64,000 nucleotides of DNA from Candidatus Onthovivens sp. GTDB taxonomy: Bacteria; Bacillota_I; Bacilli_A; RFN20; CAG-826. How positions within the stretch are numbered: the first letter of the stretch is position 1; the number at the start of each line of letters is the position of its first letter. A model generated the notes under the pieces. The model had not been told where the DNA came from, did no database searches, and saw only the letters and a program-made list of their open reading frames with translations. The DNA lies in contig DAIODM010000002.1 in the NCBI GenBank assembly GCA_036746835.1, positions 37,527-101,526 on the forward strand, read 5' to 3'. The position numbers and the translations under genes were made by a program. Positions 1 through 9,716 of the stretch are shown here, piece after piece.

Positions 1-144
1 CAAATGACTCACATTGAAGTCGGAGAAGCAGTGTTAAATAAATTCTTAGACTACGTCAAAGATTACGGAAGTGCTGAAGATAAACCAGTACTTGATGGTA
101 AGAATCTTGGTTGTGTCGTGGCAAGTAAGATTAAGAAAAGTTAG
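1..144 (+). CDS. infC: Translation initiation factor IF-3, C-terminal fragment (5' end outside window)
   Basis: Frame 1 is open from base 1 to TAG at 142-144. Its tail (...KPVLDGKNLGCVVASKIKKS) resembles the IF-3 C-terminus. It sits in the conserved infC-rpmI-rplT arrangement. Confidence 0.6.
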   Translation, partial: QMTHIEVGEAVLNKFLDYVKDYGSAEDKPVLDGKNLGCVVASKIKKS

Positions 145-157
145 GGAGGATATTATT

Positions 158-352
158 ATGCCAAAGATGAAATCAAAACGTGCCCTTTTAAAACGTATTA
201 AAGTTACAAAGAGCGGCAAAATTATGCGTCACCATGCTTATGTTTCACACATTATGAGACACAAGTCAACAAAACAAAAGAGACATTTAATGAAAACTAC
301 AGTTGTTGATAAGACTGATGTTAAGAGAATTAAATATCTCATTCAAAAGTAG
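158..352 (+). CDS. rpmI: 50S ribosomal protein L35
   Basis: MPKMKSKRALLKRIKVTKSGKIMRHHAY... is a typical L35. An AGGGAGGA ribosome-binding site lies 7 nt upstream of the ATG at 158; the tracked ORF start at 71 is an upstream extension. Confidence 0.9.
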   Translation: MPKMKSKRALLKRIKVTKSGKIMRHHAYVSHIMRHKSTKQKRHLMKTTVVDKTDVKRIKYLIQK

Positions 353-367
353 GAGGAGGAACTATTT

Positions 368-721
368 ATGCGTGTAAAAGGTGGTCCAAAAACACATTTA
401 AGAAGAAAAAAGGTTTTAAAGCAAGCTAAAGGTTACTTCGGAAGTAAACACTTATTATTCAAGACTGCTAAAGAGCAAGTCATGCATAGTAATAAATATG
501 CTTACATTTCAAGAAGAGATAGAAAGAATCAATTTAGAAAGCTTTGGATTAAACGTATCAATGCTGCTTGTAGAATGAATGATATTTCATACAGCAAGTT
601 CATGAATGGTTTAAAGGTTAACAAAGTTGAAATTAACCGTAAGATGTTAAGCGAAATCGCTATCAATGATCCAGAAGGATTCAAAGATTTAGTCGCTATC
701 GCTAAAAAAGCTGCTAAGTAG
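368..721 (+). CDS. rplT: 50S ribosomal protein L20
   Basis: [25 protein letters not shown]... is the canonical L20 N-terminus. A GGAGGAGGA ribosome-binding site is present. Confidence 0.93.
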   Translation: MRVKGGPKTHLRRKKVLKQAKGYFGSKHLLFKTAKEQVMHSNKYAYISRRDRKNQFRKLWIKRINAACRMNDISYSKFMNGLKVNKVEINRKMLSEIAINDPEGFKDLVAIAKKAAK

Positions 722-737
722 TTTTAAAACAAAAAAT

Positions 738-772
738 AAGCATCTAATCGAATGATTAGATGCTTTTTTTAA
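738..772. terminator. Intrinsic terminator hairpin (aagcatctaatc-gaat-gattagatgctt + T-run), probably bidirectional, between rplT and thiI
   Basis: A perfect 12-bp stem is followed by TTTTTTT. It sits between convergent genes. Confidence 0.75.
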
Positions 773-775
773 TGT

Positions 776-1948
776 TTAGAATTCGCGTTTAATTTCTTTA
801 AATTCAATATTTTTTACGCATTCATCAACTAAAGATTGATAATCAAATTTCTTTTCAATCTCAAGACAAACATCTTCATGAGGAGCAGTCTTTGGTTTAA
901 CTGGAGCAAAGATTGTACAGCAATCTTCGAAAGGACGAATTGAAATATCATAAGTTCCAATCTCTTTTGAAATTTTAATAATATCAACCTTATCAAAAGT
1001 CGCAAGTGGTCTAATAACTGGCATATTTGTAACTGAATTAATTACATTCATACTCTCAAGAGTTTGCGAAGCAACTTGACCAATAGACTCACCACTACAA
1101 ATTACTGGAATATGTTTTTCTTTAGCAACTTCAACTGCAATTCGATACATCATACGTCTCATAATAGTAATTGGATAACCCACATCACTATATTTATAAA
1201 TTTCTTCTTGAAGTTTAGTAAATGGAACAATATATAATTTTATTTTGGTTTGATATTCATTTAAGACTGTTAAAAGATCAATAAGCTTTTGAATAACTCC
1301 ACTATTTGTATATGGAGGTGCTGCAAAATGAATAAACGATAATTCAACGCCACGTTTCATAAGCATAAAACTAGCAACAGGAGAATCAATTCCACCGCTA
1401 ATCATCATTAATCCTCTTCCAATCGAACCTTTTGGATATCCGCCCATTCCTTTAATAGTCTCGGTGAATAAATAAAATCCATCACTATGAACTTCGATTG
1501 AAAATAAAATATCTGGCTTATGGACATCAACTTTTAATTTGGTATTTTGAAGAATATATCCAGCAATCTCTCGATTTATATCATCACTGGTATATGGATA
1601 AGATTTATCGATACGACGGGTATCCATCTTAAAAGTCTTGCCTGGTTCATTTTTAATTTCACTTAAGACAACTTCTTTAATATGATCAAGTTCAGTATTA
1701 TCGCTTACTTTTAAACATAAAGAAAAACTATACATTCCAGGAATTTCTTTAAGCTCTTTAATAACATTTAAATTATCTTCTTTTAAATAAAGATAAATAT
1801 GATCATGACGAGTAACCATCGTATATTTATCTTTGTATGGTTTTAAGTTTTCTTTAATCGAACGAGCAAGAGAAAAAATAAAATCTTTCTTATTTTTTCC
1901 TTTAGTAGACATTTCACCAAATCTAACAATTATTGAATTATAATTCAT
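776..1948 (-). CDS. thiI: tRNA 4-thiouridine synthase / thiamine biosynthesis protein ThiI
   Basis: THUMP-like N-terminus and the PP-loop SGGIDSPVA. It lies next to a cysteine desulfurase, as in Bacillus nifZ-thiI. Confidence 0.88.
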   Translation of the reverse strand: MNYNSIIVRFGEMSTKGKNKKDFIFSLARSIKENLKPYKDKYTMVTRHDHIYLYLKEDNLNVIKELKEIPGMYSFSLCLKVSDNTELDHIKEVVLSEIKNEPGKTFKMDTRRIDKSYPYTSDDINREIAGYILQNTKLKVDVHKPDILFSIEVHSDGFYLFTETIKGMGGYPKGSIGRGLMMISGGIDSPVASFMLMKRGVELSFIHFAAPPYTNSGVIQKLIDLLTVLNEYQTKIKLYIVPFTKLQEEIYKYSDVGYPITIMRRMMYRIAVEVAKEKHIPVICSGESIGQVASQTLESMNVINSVTNMPVIRPLATFDKVDIIKISKEIGTYDISIRPFEDCCTIFAPVKPKTAPHEDVCLEIEKKFDYQSLVDECVKNIEFKEIKREF

Positions 1949-1949
1949 A

Positions 1950-3074
1950 TTATCCCTTAATACTTTCTAAAACTTCTTTAAACGCAACAACAAATTCTTT
2001 TGCTTCACCAAGCGTATTATATTTTCCAAATGATAATCTAATTGGATTTTTTGCTTCTTCTTCACTTCGACCAATAGCCTCTAAAACATAACTTGCAGCC
2101 TCAGTTTTTGAATAACAAGCACTTACACTATTAACATAAATTTTTCTATTAGATAAAGCTTCAACAACCACCGAAGCTTTCTTTTTTGTTAGACTAATAC
2201 TCAAAATATATGGAGAACAAGTTTTATAATCATGAACAACAACACCATCGATATTCTTTAGTTCATTAGCAATATAATCTCTAATTTCTTTAACCTGAGA
2301 GTAGTCTTTATCATATTCTTTAATAACTTTTTGAATTGCTAAAGTAAAAGCACAAATTGAAGGATAATCCATTGTTCCACTTCTTAATCCTTCTTCTTGA
2401 TTTCCACCATAAACTATAGGATTTAAATTTATTTTTCGTTTTTTAATAAAGCAACCACAACCTTTAAGTCCATATATTTTATGAGAAGTAAAAGTCATCA
2501 TATCAAGCGAAGAAAAATCAATTTTTGCTTTTCCTAAAGCTTGAACAAGATCACTATGAAGAATACTATCTGGACCGATAATTTCTCTGATTTTCTTTAA
2601 ATCATTAGTAGTCCCTATCTCATTATTAACCGCCATAAAAGAAGCAAAAACAGGTTTTCCATCAAGATGAGCTTTTAAATCATCTAAATCTAAAACACCA
2701 TCTTTGGTAACTTTAATATAATCAACTTTGAATCCTTCTTTTTCGAGTTCTTTAAAAACATTTTCGACGCTACTATGTTCGACATTTGATGTTAAAAAAT
2801 GATTAAATCTTTTTTGATTTCTATGAGCAAAACCTTGAATAACAATGTTATTTGATTCAGTAGCTCCACTAGTAAAAATAACTTCATAATCACGATTAGA
2901 TAAATTAATTGTTTTTAAAATATCGTTCTTTTTTCTTTCAATATTAGCCGCATTTTCCATCGCTAATTTATGAATTGAATGGGGATTTGCGAAGTTTTCT
3001 TCACTTGCTTTTGTAAAAGCTTCTAGCACTTCTTTATCTGGTTTTGTTGTTGAAGCATTATCAAAATAAATCAT
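1950..3074 (-). CDS. Cysteine desulfurase (NifS/NifZ family, class V aminotransferase)
   Basis: FTSGATESNN, SHKIYGLKG (PLP lysine) and GCG motifs. It is adjacent to thiI. Confidence 0.85.
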   Translation of the reverse strand: MIYFDNASTTKPDKEVLEAFTKASEENFANPHSIHKLAMENAANIERKKNDILKTINLSNRDYEVIFTSGATESNNIVIQGFAHRNQKRFNHFLTSNVEHSSVENVFKELEKEGFKVDYIKVTKDGVLDLDDLKAHLDGKPVFASFMAVNNEIGTTNDLKKIREIIGPDSILHSDLVQALGKAKIDFSSLDMMTFTSHKIYGLKGCGCFIKKRKINLNPIVYGGNQEEGLRSGTMDYPSICAFTLAIQKVIKEYDKDYSQVKEIRDYIANELKNIDGVVVHDYKTCSPYILSISLTKKKASVVVEALSNRKIYVNSVSACYSKTEAASYVLEAIGRSEEEAKNPIRLSFGKYNTLGEAKEFVVAFKEVLESIKG

Positions 3075-3086
3075 AATATTGTCCCT

Positions 3087-4805
3087 TTATTCAGGGAGAG
3101 AATCCTTATTTTCAATCTTATTTAATACAGTTTCAGTCATTTGATAGCATTGAGCATATTCGCCATTAATATAAAGGTTCTCAGCTTGTGAAAGTTGAAC
3201 ATTAACATCGCTAAATTTAACTCTTTCACGATTCATAAACATGATTTCTTCTTCATCTAAATCACGATATTTTTTAGCATCATTAATACGTGAGAAAATT
3301 AAACCAGTCTTGTCATTAAGTTCAGCAAGACTTGCATTAACAGCATTAACATTAATTGGAACGGTCTTTAATAAAATGAAGATTTCATCAATCAATTTAT
3401 ATGATTTATCTAAATCATCAACAAACTTATCACTAAAATCATTGTTATAGAAACCTCTTAACGTTTCTTCGCTCTCTTTAAGTTTAAAGTATAAATCATT
3501 AATTGTTCTGAAAGCATTTTCAGTATCAGTTTTTAAAGAACCTAAATAATCTTTAAACTTATTAAATCGATCAAAAATATCGTTTGTTCCTTTATCTAAG
3601 TCACGCATCTTAACAATTAAAATTGTATATGGTGTCTTTTCAAGAGAATGGATATACATATCAAGTCGACGTTTATCCTTACTAACATCATCAAGTTCTT
3701 TTTGAATATTTTTAAGTTCAGTAAGATGCTCTTCATCAACGATATAATATTTAGAATATTTCTCTAAGTTGTTTCTAACTTTAATAAATTCTTTTTCTAA
3801 ATTATTGAAATTTCCATAGATTCTTTCACTATTATCACGGAATTCATGGCAAGCATCCTCTTCTTTTTTGAATGCGCCTTCAACTTCAGTTATTTGATTT
3901 TCAAGATCATTTAAACGTTCTGCAACATTAGTAATCTTGAGTCCTTCAATATCTTCACTAATTTCATCAAGTGATAATTCAATATTATTTTTAATGGATT
4001 CATAACGAATATGTTTTAATGGATATTCTTCTTTAATTAAAGCATCGTAATGATCACTACTTGCCTTTAAAGCATCAGGAATTGTTTCGTTACAACGTTT
4101 AATAAGTTCAGGAAGTTTATCAATTAATTCATTACAAGCTTTTAAAACATCTTTAATTTCTGGTAATAAATCATTAGCTTCATCATAATTTGCAGTTTCG
4201 ATAAATCCTTCAAATTTTGTAAATCTTTGATCAATTTCATCAAAAACTTTAACAAAAGTATCGTTAACAAATTCCAAGTCTTCTTCATGTGAATTGTATT
4301 TTGATTTAACATCTCTAAATTCATCTTTAAGAGCTAAACTATTTTGACGAGCATCTTCTTCTGGCTTAATAACACCCATCAAATCGTTATTAAAATTATT
4401 AACTGCTTCTTCATAAGCACTTAAAACACTTTGAGAATCTTTATAAAGTTTCTTAAAATCTTTAACTAAACTCTTATCTAAAAGTTGAACAAGTTTATTT
4501 AACACTTCAGTATAAGCAACTTCTTGGATATCACGAATGTCTTTGTATCGTTTAAAGTAAACACTATAAATATCACTATAAAGAAGGTTCGTGCGACTAA
4601 TAATCTCGATACGTTGGACATATTGGAAATCTTGTCCAGTAAGCAAAGCATGTAAATACTCGTATTTTCTCTCTAAAGCTTTAAGATTTCGTTTGCATCT
4701 TTTCTTGCTAAAGAAATATTTATCGAGTAAAACGTAGGCTGTTACTAAAATAATCACACCTACGATAGATAAAACAACAATTAGAATGATTAATCCTGTA
4801 TTCAT
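3087..4805 (-). CDS. ezrA: Septation ring formation regulator EzrA
   Basis: A single N-terminal TM helix is followed by ~540 aa of coiled-coil/spectrin-like sequence (LKALERKYEYLHALLTGQDFQYV...). Its position next to the cysteine desulfurase and thiI matches B. subtilis. Confidence 0.8.
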   Translation of the reverse strand: MNTGLIILIVVLSIVGVIILVTAYVLLDKYFFSKKRCKRNLKALERKYEYLHALLTGQDFQYVQRIEIISRTNLLYSDIYSVYFKRYKDIRDIQEVAYTEVLNKLVQLLDKSLVKDFKKLYKDSQSVLSAYEEAVNNFNNDLMGVIKPEEDARQNSLALKDEFRDVKSKYNSHEEDLEFVNDTFVKVFDEIDQRFTKFEGFIETANYDEANDLLPEIKDVLKACNELIDKLPELIKRCNETIPDALKASSDHYDALIKEEYPLKHIRYESIKNNIELSLDEISEDIEGLKITNVAERLNDLENQITEVEGAFKKEEDACHEFRDNSERIYGNFNNLEKEFIKVRNNLEKYSKYYIVDEEHLTELKNIQKELDDVSKDKRRLDMYIHSLEKTPYTILIVKMRDLDKGTNDIFDRFNKFKDYLGSLKTDTENAFRTINDLYFKLKESEETLRGFYNNDFSDKFVDDLDKSYKLIDEIFILLKTVPINVNAVNASLAELNDKTGLIFSRINDAKKYRDLDEEEIMFMNRERVKFSDVNVQLSQAENLYINGEYAQCYQMTETVLNKIENKDSLPE

Positions 4806-4955
4806 ATCGTGACCTTCTTTGCTTATATTTAGTATTTTATACTAAAAGTTATTTATTTACTATTCTATAACTCTATATTTTTAATATTTTTTAACCTAAC
4901 TTTTAACTAATATTTTTTATTAAAATTCCTATAACTCAATTAAAAAAGATATTAC

Positions 4956-5147
4956 TTGCATTAATACCTTAAAATAGTTAAAATATTTGAGCATGTAAAA
5001 GAAGCATTTAAGTACTTCTTGTCTGATGAAGTAACCAATATGGTATGAAAGTAAGCCAAGCTATACGCTGAAATCTCTAATTACTTCAGTCGAAGAAAGG
5101 AATTTAAACCAATCTTTATATGCAAATATAAAGAAAGGAGAATATAT
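4956..5147 (+). promoter_or_regulatory. rpsD promoter and ~155-nt leader
   Basis: -35 TTGCAT (4956-4961), a 17-nt spacer, -10 TAAAAT (4979-4984). The long leader contains inverted repeats (gaagtaa...ttacttcag) consistent with the S4 autoregulatory leader known in Bacillus. Confidence 0.5.
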
Positions 5148-5750
5148 ATGAGAAATACTAAACCTACTTGGAAACAAAGTCGTAGACTTAATTTTAGTGT
5201 TCTTGAAACTGGAGTTGAACTCAAGAAGAGAGCATATGCTCCAGGTCAACATGGACAAGATAAAAAGAAAGTCTCCGAATATGGTAAGCAATTAACTGAA
5301 AAACAAAAGTTAAGAGCAATGTATGGAGTTAACGAAAGACAATTCCGTAGATTATTCGAAATTGCTACTAAGAGTAAAGAAGTTACTGGTCTCGCCTTCA
5401 TGAGAATTCTTGAAAGTAGACTTGATAACTTAGTATATCGTGCTGGATTTGCAGCCACTAGAAAAGCTGCTCGTCAACTCGTCAATCATGGACATATTTG
5501 TGTCAATGGTAAGAAGACTGATATTCCTAGCTACCTTTGTTCCGTTAACGATGTTATCAGCTTAAAAGAAAATAGTAAGAATTTAGCAGTTGTTAAAGCT
5601 TCACTTGAAGCTCATCCAACCACTGTCGGCTATATCGAAACTGATAAAGTTAATATGTCTAGCAAATATGTTAGACTTCCAGAGAGAACTGAACTTCCAC
5701 AAGATGTTCAAGAGTCTCAAATCGTTGAATACTACAACCGTTTACTCTAG
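5148..5750 (+). CDS. rpsD: 30S ribosomal protein S4
   Basis: SRRLNFSVLETGVELKKRAYAPGQHGQ and a C-terminal S4 domain. A GGAG ribosome-binding site is present. Confidence 0.93.
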   Translation: MRNTKPTWKQSRRLNFSVLETGVELKKRAYAPGQHGQDKKKVSEYGKQLTEKQKLRAMYGVNERQFRRLFEIATKSKEVTGLAFMRILESRLDNLVYRAGFAATRKAARQLVNHGHICVNGKKTDIPSYLCSVNDVISLKENSKNLAVVKASLEAHPTTVGYIETDKVNMSSKYVRLPERTELPQDVQESQIVEYYNRLL

Positions 5751-5764
5751 TTTACTAATAGCAA

Positions 5765-5800
5765 AATTAGGAGATGCATTGCATCTCCTTTTTTATTGCT
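5765..5800 (+). terminator. rpsD intrinsic terminator (ggagatgcattgcatctcc + TTTTTT)
   Basis: A 9-bp GC-containing stem with a T-run. Confidence 0.8.
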
Positions 5801-5810
5801 TTTTTGCAAT

Positions 5811-5850
5811 AAAAAACAGTTGAACAAACGTTCAACTGTTAATTTTTTAA
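5811..5850 (-). terminator. tyrS intrinsic terminator (aacagttgaac-aaac-gttcaactgtt, T-run on the minus strand)
   Basis: An 11-bp stem is followed by TTTTTTATT on the minus strand. It lies just downstream of the tyrS stop. Confidence 0.75.
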
Positions 5851-5879
5851 CCAATAAACCCCTATATAACCGCTTGGAT

Positions 5880-7130
5880 TTAATATTTAAGGAGATAATA
5901 GTTCTTTTTACCTCTTCTTAAAATAAGATATTTATTGAACAATCCATCCTTCGCTCCAAGAACTTTATTTTCATCTTTAATTTGAGTTCCATTAATTAAA
6001 ATAGCACCATTATTAATAAATTCACGAGCTTCACGTTTACTACTTGCTGCACCACAAGAAATTACTAAATCAATAAGAGGTAATTCGCTTGTTTCGCTAA
6101 AAATCATATTGGATGGGAATAAATCTTCAATTTGATCTTCTTTTAATCCACTAAAATCATTTTTAAATAAGCATTCACTCATTCTAATAGCTTCATTAGC
6201 AGCTTCTTCACCATGAATTTCTTTAGTGACTTCAAAAGCTAAACGTTTTTGAGCAACACGTTGACCAAGATTAGCTAAGTGTTCCTTTTCAATTGCATTA
6301 ATTTCATCATGACTTAAAAAGGTAAAGACCTTTAAATATCTAACACTATCTTCATCACTTTGATTGATAAAGAATTGATATAACTTATAAGCTGAAGTCT
6401 TTTTTGGATCTAAGAACAAAGCACCATCTTCACTCTTTCCAAATTTCTTACCATCACTACGAGTAATTAAATTCGCAGTCATAACTTCACATTTAGCATC
6501 TGGTTCAAGTTTACGAATAAGTTCGAGACCAGCGGTTAAATTTCCCCATTGATCACTTCCACCAATTTGAATATTACACTTTTCATTTTGATGCAAAGTT
6601 AAAAAATCAATTGATTGAAGAGTCATATAAGAAAATTCAGCAAGACTAATTCCTGCTTCTAATCTACTCTTAACGATATCTTTATTAATCATATAGTTAA
6701 CGTTAAAGTACTTGGCATAATCACGAAGATAATCAAGAAGAGTAAGTTTAGATAACCAATCATAGTTATTAACTAAAATACCTTTCTTTGGATCGCTTAA
6801 ATCTAAGAAACGTGAAAGTTGAGCACGAATGGCTTCAGTATTGTTTTTAGTTGCTTCTTTATCAAGCAAATTTCTTTCTTTACTCTTACCACTTGGGTCA
6901 CCAATCATACCAGTTGCACCGCCAACTACAGCGATAATTCTATGACCACTACGTTGTAAACGCATTAAAATCGAAATCATGACAAAGTTACCAATATGTA
7001 AACTATTTGCACTTGGATCAAAACCACAATAAATTGTTTGTGGAGTAGAAAGAAGTTCTCTCATCTTTCCTTCATCACTATAATCTTTAATAAGGCCACG
7101 CCAGTTTAAATCATCAATAATATTTTCCAT
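5880..7130 (-). CDS. tyrS: Tyrosine--tRNA ligase
   Basis: Class I HIGH motif (HIGNFV), KMSKS-like KFGKS, and a C-terminal S4 domain. Confidence 0.93.
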   Translation of the reverse strand: MENIIDDLNWRGLIKDYSDEGKMRELLSTPQTIYCGFDPSANSLHIGNFVMISILMRLQRSGHRIIAVVGGATGMIGDPSGKSKERNLLDKEATKNNTEAIRAQLSRFLDLSDPKKGILVNNYDWLSKLTLLDYLRDYAKYFNVNYMINKDIVKSRLEAGISLAEFSYMTLQSIDFLTLHQNEKCNIQIGGSDQWGNLTAGLELIRKLEPDAKCEVMTANLITRSDGKKFGKSEDGALFLDPKKTSAYKLYQFFINQSDEDSVRYLKVFTFLSHDEINAIEKEHLANLGQRVAQKRLAFEVTKEIHGEEAANEAIRMSECLFKNDFSGLKEDQIEDLFPSNMIFSETSELPLIDLVISCGAASSKREAREFINNGAILINGTQIKDENKVLGAKDGLFNKYLILRRGKKNYYLLKY

Positions 7131-7142
7131 AAATCCCTCAAA

Positions 7143-7859
7143 CTAATCTCTATATCTAACAAAAGTCATACGATCATCAGCATCTTTTTGAACGATACTG
7201 ACAATTTGTTTTTTAGTAATAACAATTGGTTTACCATCTTTGGTAACACAATTAAGTTCATCTTCACTCTTCTTATTTGTAAAAGTAACGATAGCATCAT
7301 CACTACTCTTCTTTTCGATTTGTAATAAATCTCCAGTATGAAGACCATAACTAACAATTGCTTTTGCAGGAATACCAATTTTCTTATAGCCTTGTAAACT
7401 TCTAAGTTCAATTAAGAATAAGGCCATAACTGGAATACCACCTGCTTCACGAACGAGATCAACCATTGCACGAGCACTACCGCCAGTTGCAAGTAAATCA
7501 TCCATAATAATTACACGATCACCAGGTTGAATATTTCCTTCAGAAATTTCAATTGTATTTGTACCATATTCAAGAGCATATGATTCACGATGACCAACAA
7601 GTGGTAATTTTCCAGCCTTACGAGCAACAACTAAGCCTTTATTATTAATACTTGCTAATGGAGCACCAAAGATAAAACCACGTGATTCAGCGGCAATAAT
7701 CTTATCATACTTATCATAACTTGGAAGCTCTTTGTTTAAATCCATAATTGCTTGGTGAAAAGCATCACCATCAGCTAATAAAGGAGTAATATCTCTAAAC
7801 TTAATTCCTTTAATAGGGAAATCAACAATCGTTCTAATTAAACTATCATATAAATCCAT
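7143..7859 (-). CDS. apt: Adenine phosphoribosyltransferase with a ~65-aa C-terminal extension
   Basis: Residues 1-172 match Apt, including the PRPP motif VIIMDDLLATGGS. Residues 173-238 have no Apt counterpart. The gene lies 12 nt upstream of tyrS. Confidence 0.8.
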   Translation of the reverse strand: MDLYDSLIRTIVDFPIKGIKFRDITPLLADGDAFHQAIMDLNKELPSYDKYDKIIAAESRGFIFGAPLASINNKGLVVARKAGKLPLVGHRESYALEYGTNTIEISEGNIQPGDRVIIMDDLLATGGSARAMVDLVREAGGIPVMALFLIELRSLQGYKKIGIPAKAIVSYGLHTGDLLQIEKKSSDDAIVTFTNKKSEDELNCVTKDGKPIVITKKQIVSIVQKDADDRMTFVRYRD

Positions 7860-7965
7860 ATATTATGTATCCTCCATGAAACACAACTATTATTATACTA
7901 GATAAAAAATGAAGTGGTATTACTTTTAGATTAAAAAGAGCAAAGAAATCATTATAAACATATAA

Positions 7966-7992
7966 AAAAGGATAACCGAAGTTATCCCATTG
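7966..7992 (-). terminator. Terminator hairpin (gggataac-ttcg-gttatcc + T-run) after the LacI-family gene
   Basis: A 7-8-bp stem is followed by TTTTTTAT on the minus strand. Confidence 0.6.
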
Positions 7993-7996
7993 AATA

Positions 7997-8995
7997 TTAG
8001 AATTTAGTTGAATCTTTTTTAATGTAAACTGACTCAAATTTATAATTCTTTTCATTTAAGTTTCCATCGATAAGATCAATTAACATATACATCGCACGTC
8101 GACCAACTTCTTGATTATCAATAAACATATTCGAAATTTGAGGACGAATAATATTACTATATTTAGTACCAATAATTGATAAAACTTCAATATCTTCAGG
8201 AACACGAAGTCCACTATCGGTAGCAGCATTTAAAACAGCAGCTGCAATCGAATCACGATAAGCAATAATGTATTCTTTATGAGTAGTTTTAAATCTTTCC
8301 ATAAAATCACGATAGGTTCTTGTATAACTATCATCACAATTCATAATGTCATACTCACGATCAGCCTCAATATGAGTTTGAATAAAAGCATTTTCAACAC
8401 GAGCAAGTAAACGACCAGCATTATGAACATGAAGGAAAGTCATCTTCTTATCTCCACGATTAAAGTAGTCTTTAATAATGGATTTAATTAAATGTTCATA
8501 ACCAAAACTTATAGAACCAATCTTACTAGCAGTAAAATTATTATTAATTGCAATTACTGGAACACTATAAGAGTTAAAAACTTCAAGATCATCTGGACCA
8601 AGTTCATCATCAAAAACAATAACGCCATCAACATGAGATTTAATAACTTTTTCAAGACAAGCTAAAGCATCTTCTCTTGAATGACTGGTGGTATAAAGAG
8701 AAACTCCAAATCCTTTATCACGGCAAACTTCACAAACACCATTTAAAAGGTTTGAAATATAAACATAATTTGCACTTGGAATAATTACACCAATATTTGT
8801 AGTCTTATTAGTTGCTAAAGCTTGAGCAAGTCCACTAGGCTTATAACCAAGTTTTTTAATAACGGCCATTACTTTCTTTTTAGTATCTTCTTTAACGGTA
8901 TCACTATTATTAATGACACGCGAAACAGTAGCAAGCGAAACACCACTTGCTTTTGCTACTTCATAAATCGTTACTCTTTCTTTTAAGTTATCCAT
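7997..8995 (-). CDS. LacI-family transcriptional regulator, CcpA-like
   Basis: N-terminal HTH (TIYEVAKASGVSLATVSRVINN) and a periplasmic-binding-protein-like effector domain. Confidence 0.8.
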   Translation of the reverse strand: MDNLKERVTIYEVAKASGVSLATVSRVINNSDTVKEDTKKKVMAVIKKLGYKPSGLAQALATNKTTNIGVIIPSANYVYISNLLNGVCEVCRDKGFGVSLYTTSHSREDALACLEKVIKSHVDGVIVFDDELGPDDLEVFNSYSVPVIAINNNFTASKIGSISFGYEHLIKSIIKDYFNRGDKKMTFLHVHNAGRLLARVENAFIQTHIEADREYDIMNCDDSYTRTYRDFMERFKTTHKEYIIAYRDSIAAAVLNAATDSGLRVPEDIEVLSIIGTKYSNIIRPQISNMFIDNQEVGRRAMYMLIDLIDGNLNEKNYKFESVYIKKDSTKF

Positions 8996-9086
8996 AGTTA
9001 GTCATCTCCTCCTAACCATAGATATTATACTATATTTTGAAAATAAATGTAAATCTTATGAAAATTTTTCACATTTTACGAATTTT

Positions 9087-9716
9087 TTACATTAATTTAA
9101 AAAAATCGCTACCAATCTTATAATTTTCATCTAATTCAAGTAGTCCGTGAACGTTTTCGTAACCTGGTAAATTAAGCTCTCTTCCACTACACATCATTCC
9201 ATTTGATTGAACATCCAACAATTTAGATGGAATAATTTGTTGACCATTAGGCATAAAGGTAAATGGAGTTGCGCAAACACAAATTAAACCAGCTCGTGCA
9301 TTTACTGCGCCGCAAACTATATCAAGAGGTTTTTCTTCTCCAACATCAACTGTTAAAATGTGAAGATGTTCACTATCTGGGTGTTCTTCACAAGTTAAAA
9401 TTTTAGCAACTTTAAAACCACTTTCTTTTTGGTATTCAAGTTCAGGAACATCATGATTTTTTAAAATATTATTAATTACGCTAAACATCTTTTCATTTAA
9501 AACAGGAATTAATCCATCTGCTTTAATCTTCATAATTTCACTAATATTAAAAATATTTATACCAATTAAAGTGTCATTTTTATATAAAGAAACAACATCA
9601 TCTTTTTTAATTATTTTATCTGGTTTTGCATTGCTATCAAAAATAATGAGCAACACATCTCCAATCGTTTTATAGTTATAATATATTGCGTACTTCATGG
9701 TCTTTAATTTCCTCAA
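9087..9716 (-). CDS. tRNA-binding (EMAP/CsaA-fold) domain protein, YtpR-like
   Basis: The C-terminal half (FKVAKILTCEEHPDSEHLHILTVDVGE...IVCGA) is a tRNA-binding OB-fold domain. Size and context resemble B. subtilis ytpR. Confidence 0.6.
   Translation of the reverse strand: MRKLKTMKYAIYYNYKTIGDVLLIIFDSNAKPDKIIKKDDVVSLYKNDTLIGINIFNISEIMKIKADGLIPVLNEKMFSVINNILKNHDVPELEYQKESGFKVAKILTCEEHPDSEHLHILTVDVGEEKPLDIVCGAVNARAGLICVCATPFTFMPNGQQIIPSKLLDVQSNGMMCSGRELNLPGYENVHGLLELDENYKIGSDFFKLM

Noticed and set aside
3241-4324. Small ORFs 3241..3450 (+) and 4142..4324 (-) inside ezrA
   Set aside because: They are embedded in or antisense to the ezrA coding sequence. They are low-complexity products with no independent signals.
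5061-5458. Minus-strand ORFs 5061..5291 and 5246..5458 antisense to the rpsD leader and 5' end
   Set aside because: They lie antisense to a highly conserved ribosomal protein gene, with no ribosome-binding site. They are typical AT-rich shadow ORFs.
7846-8055. 69-aa ORF overlapping the apt start and the LacI-gene terminator
   Set aside because: It spans an intergenic promoter and terminator region, has no ribosome-binding site, and has a hydrophobic low-complexity product. It is likely spurious.
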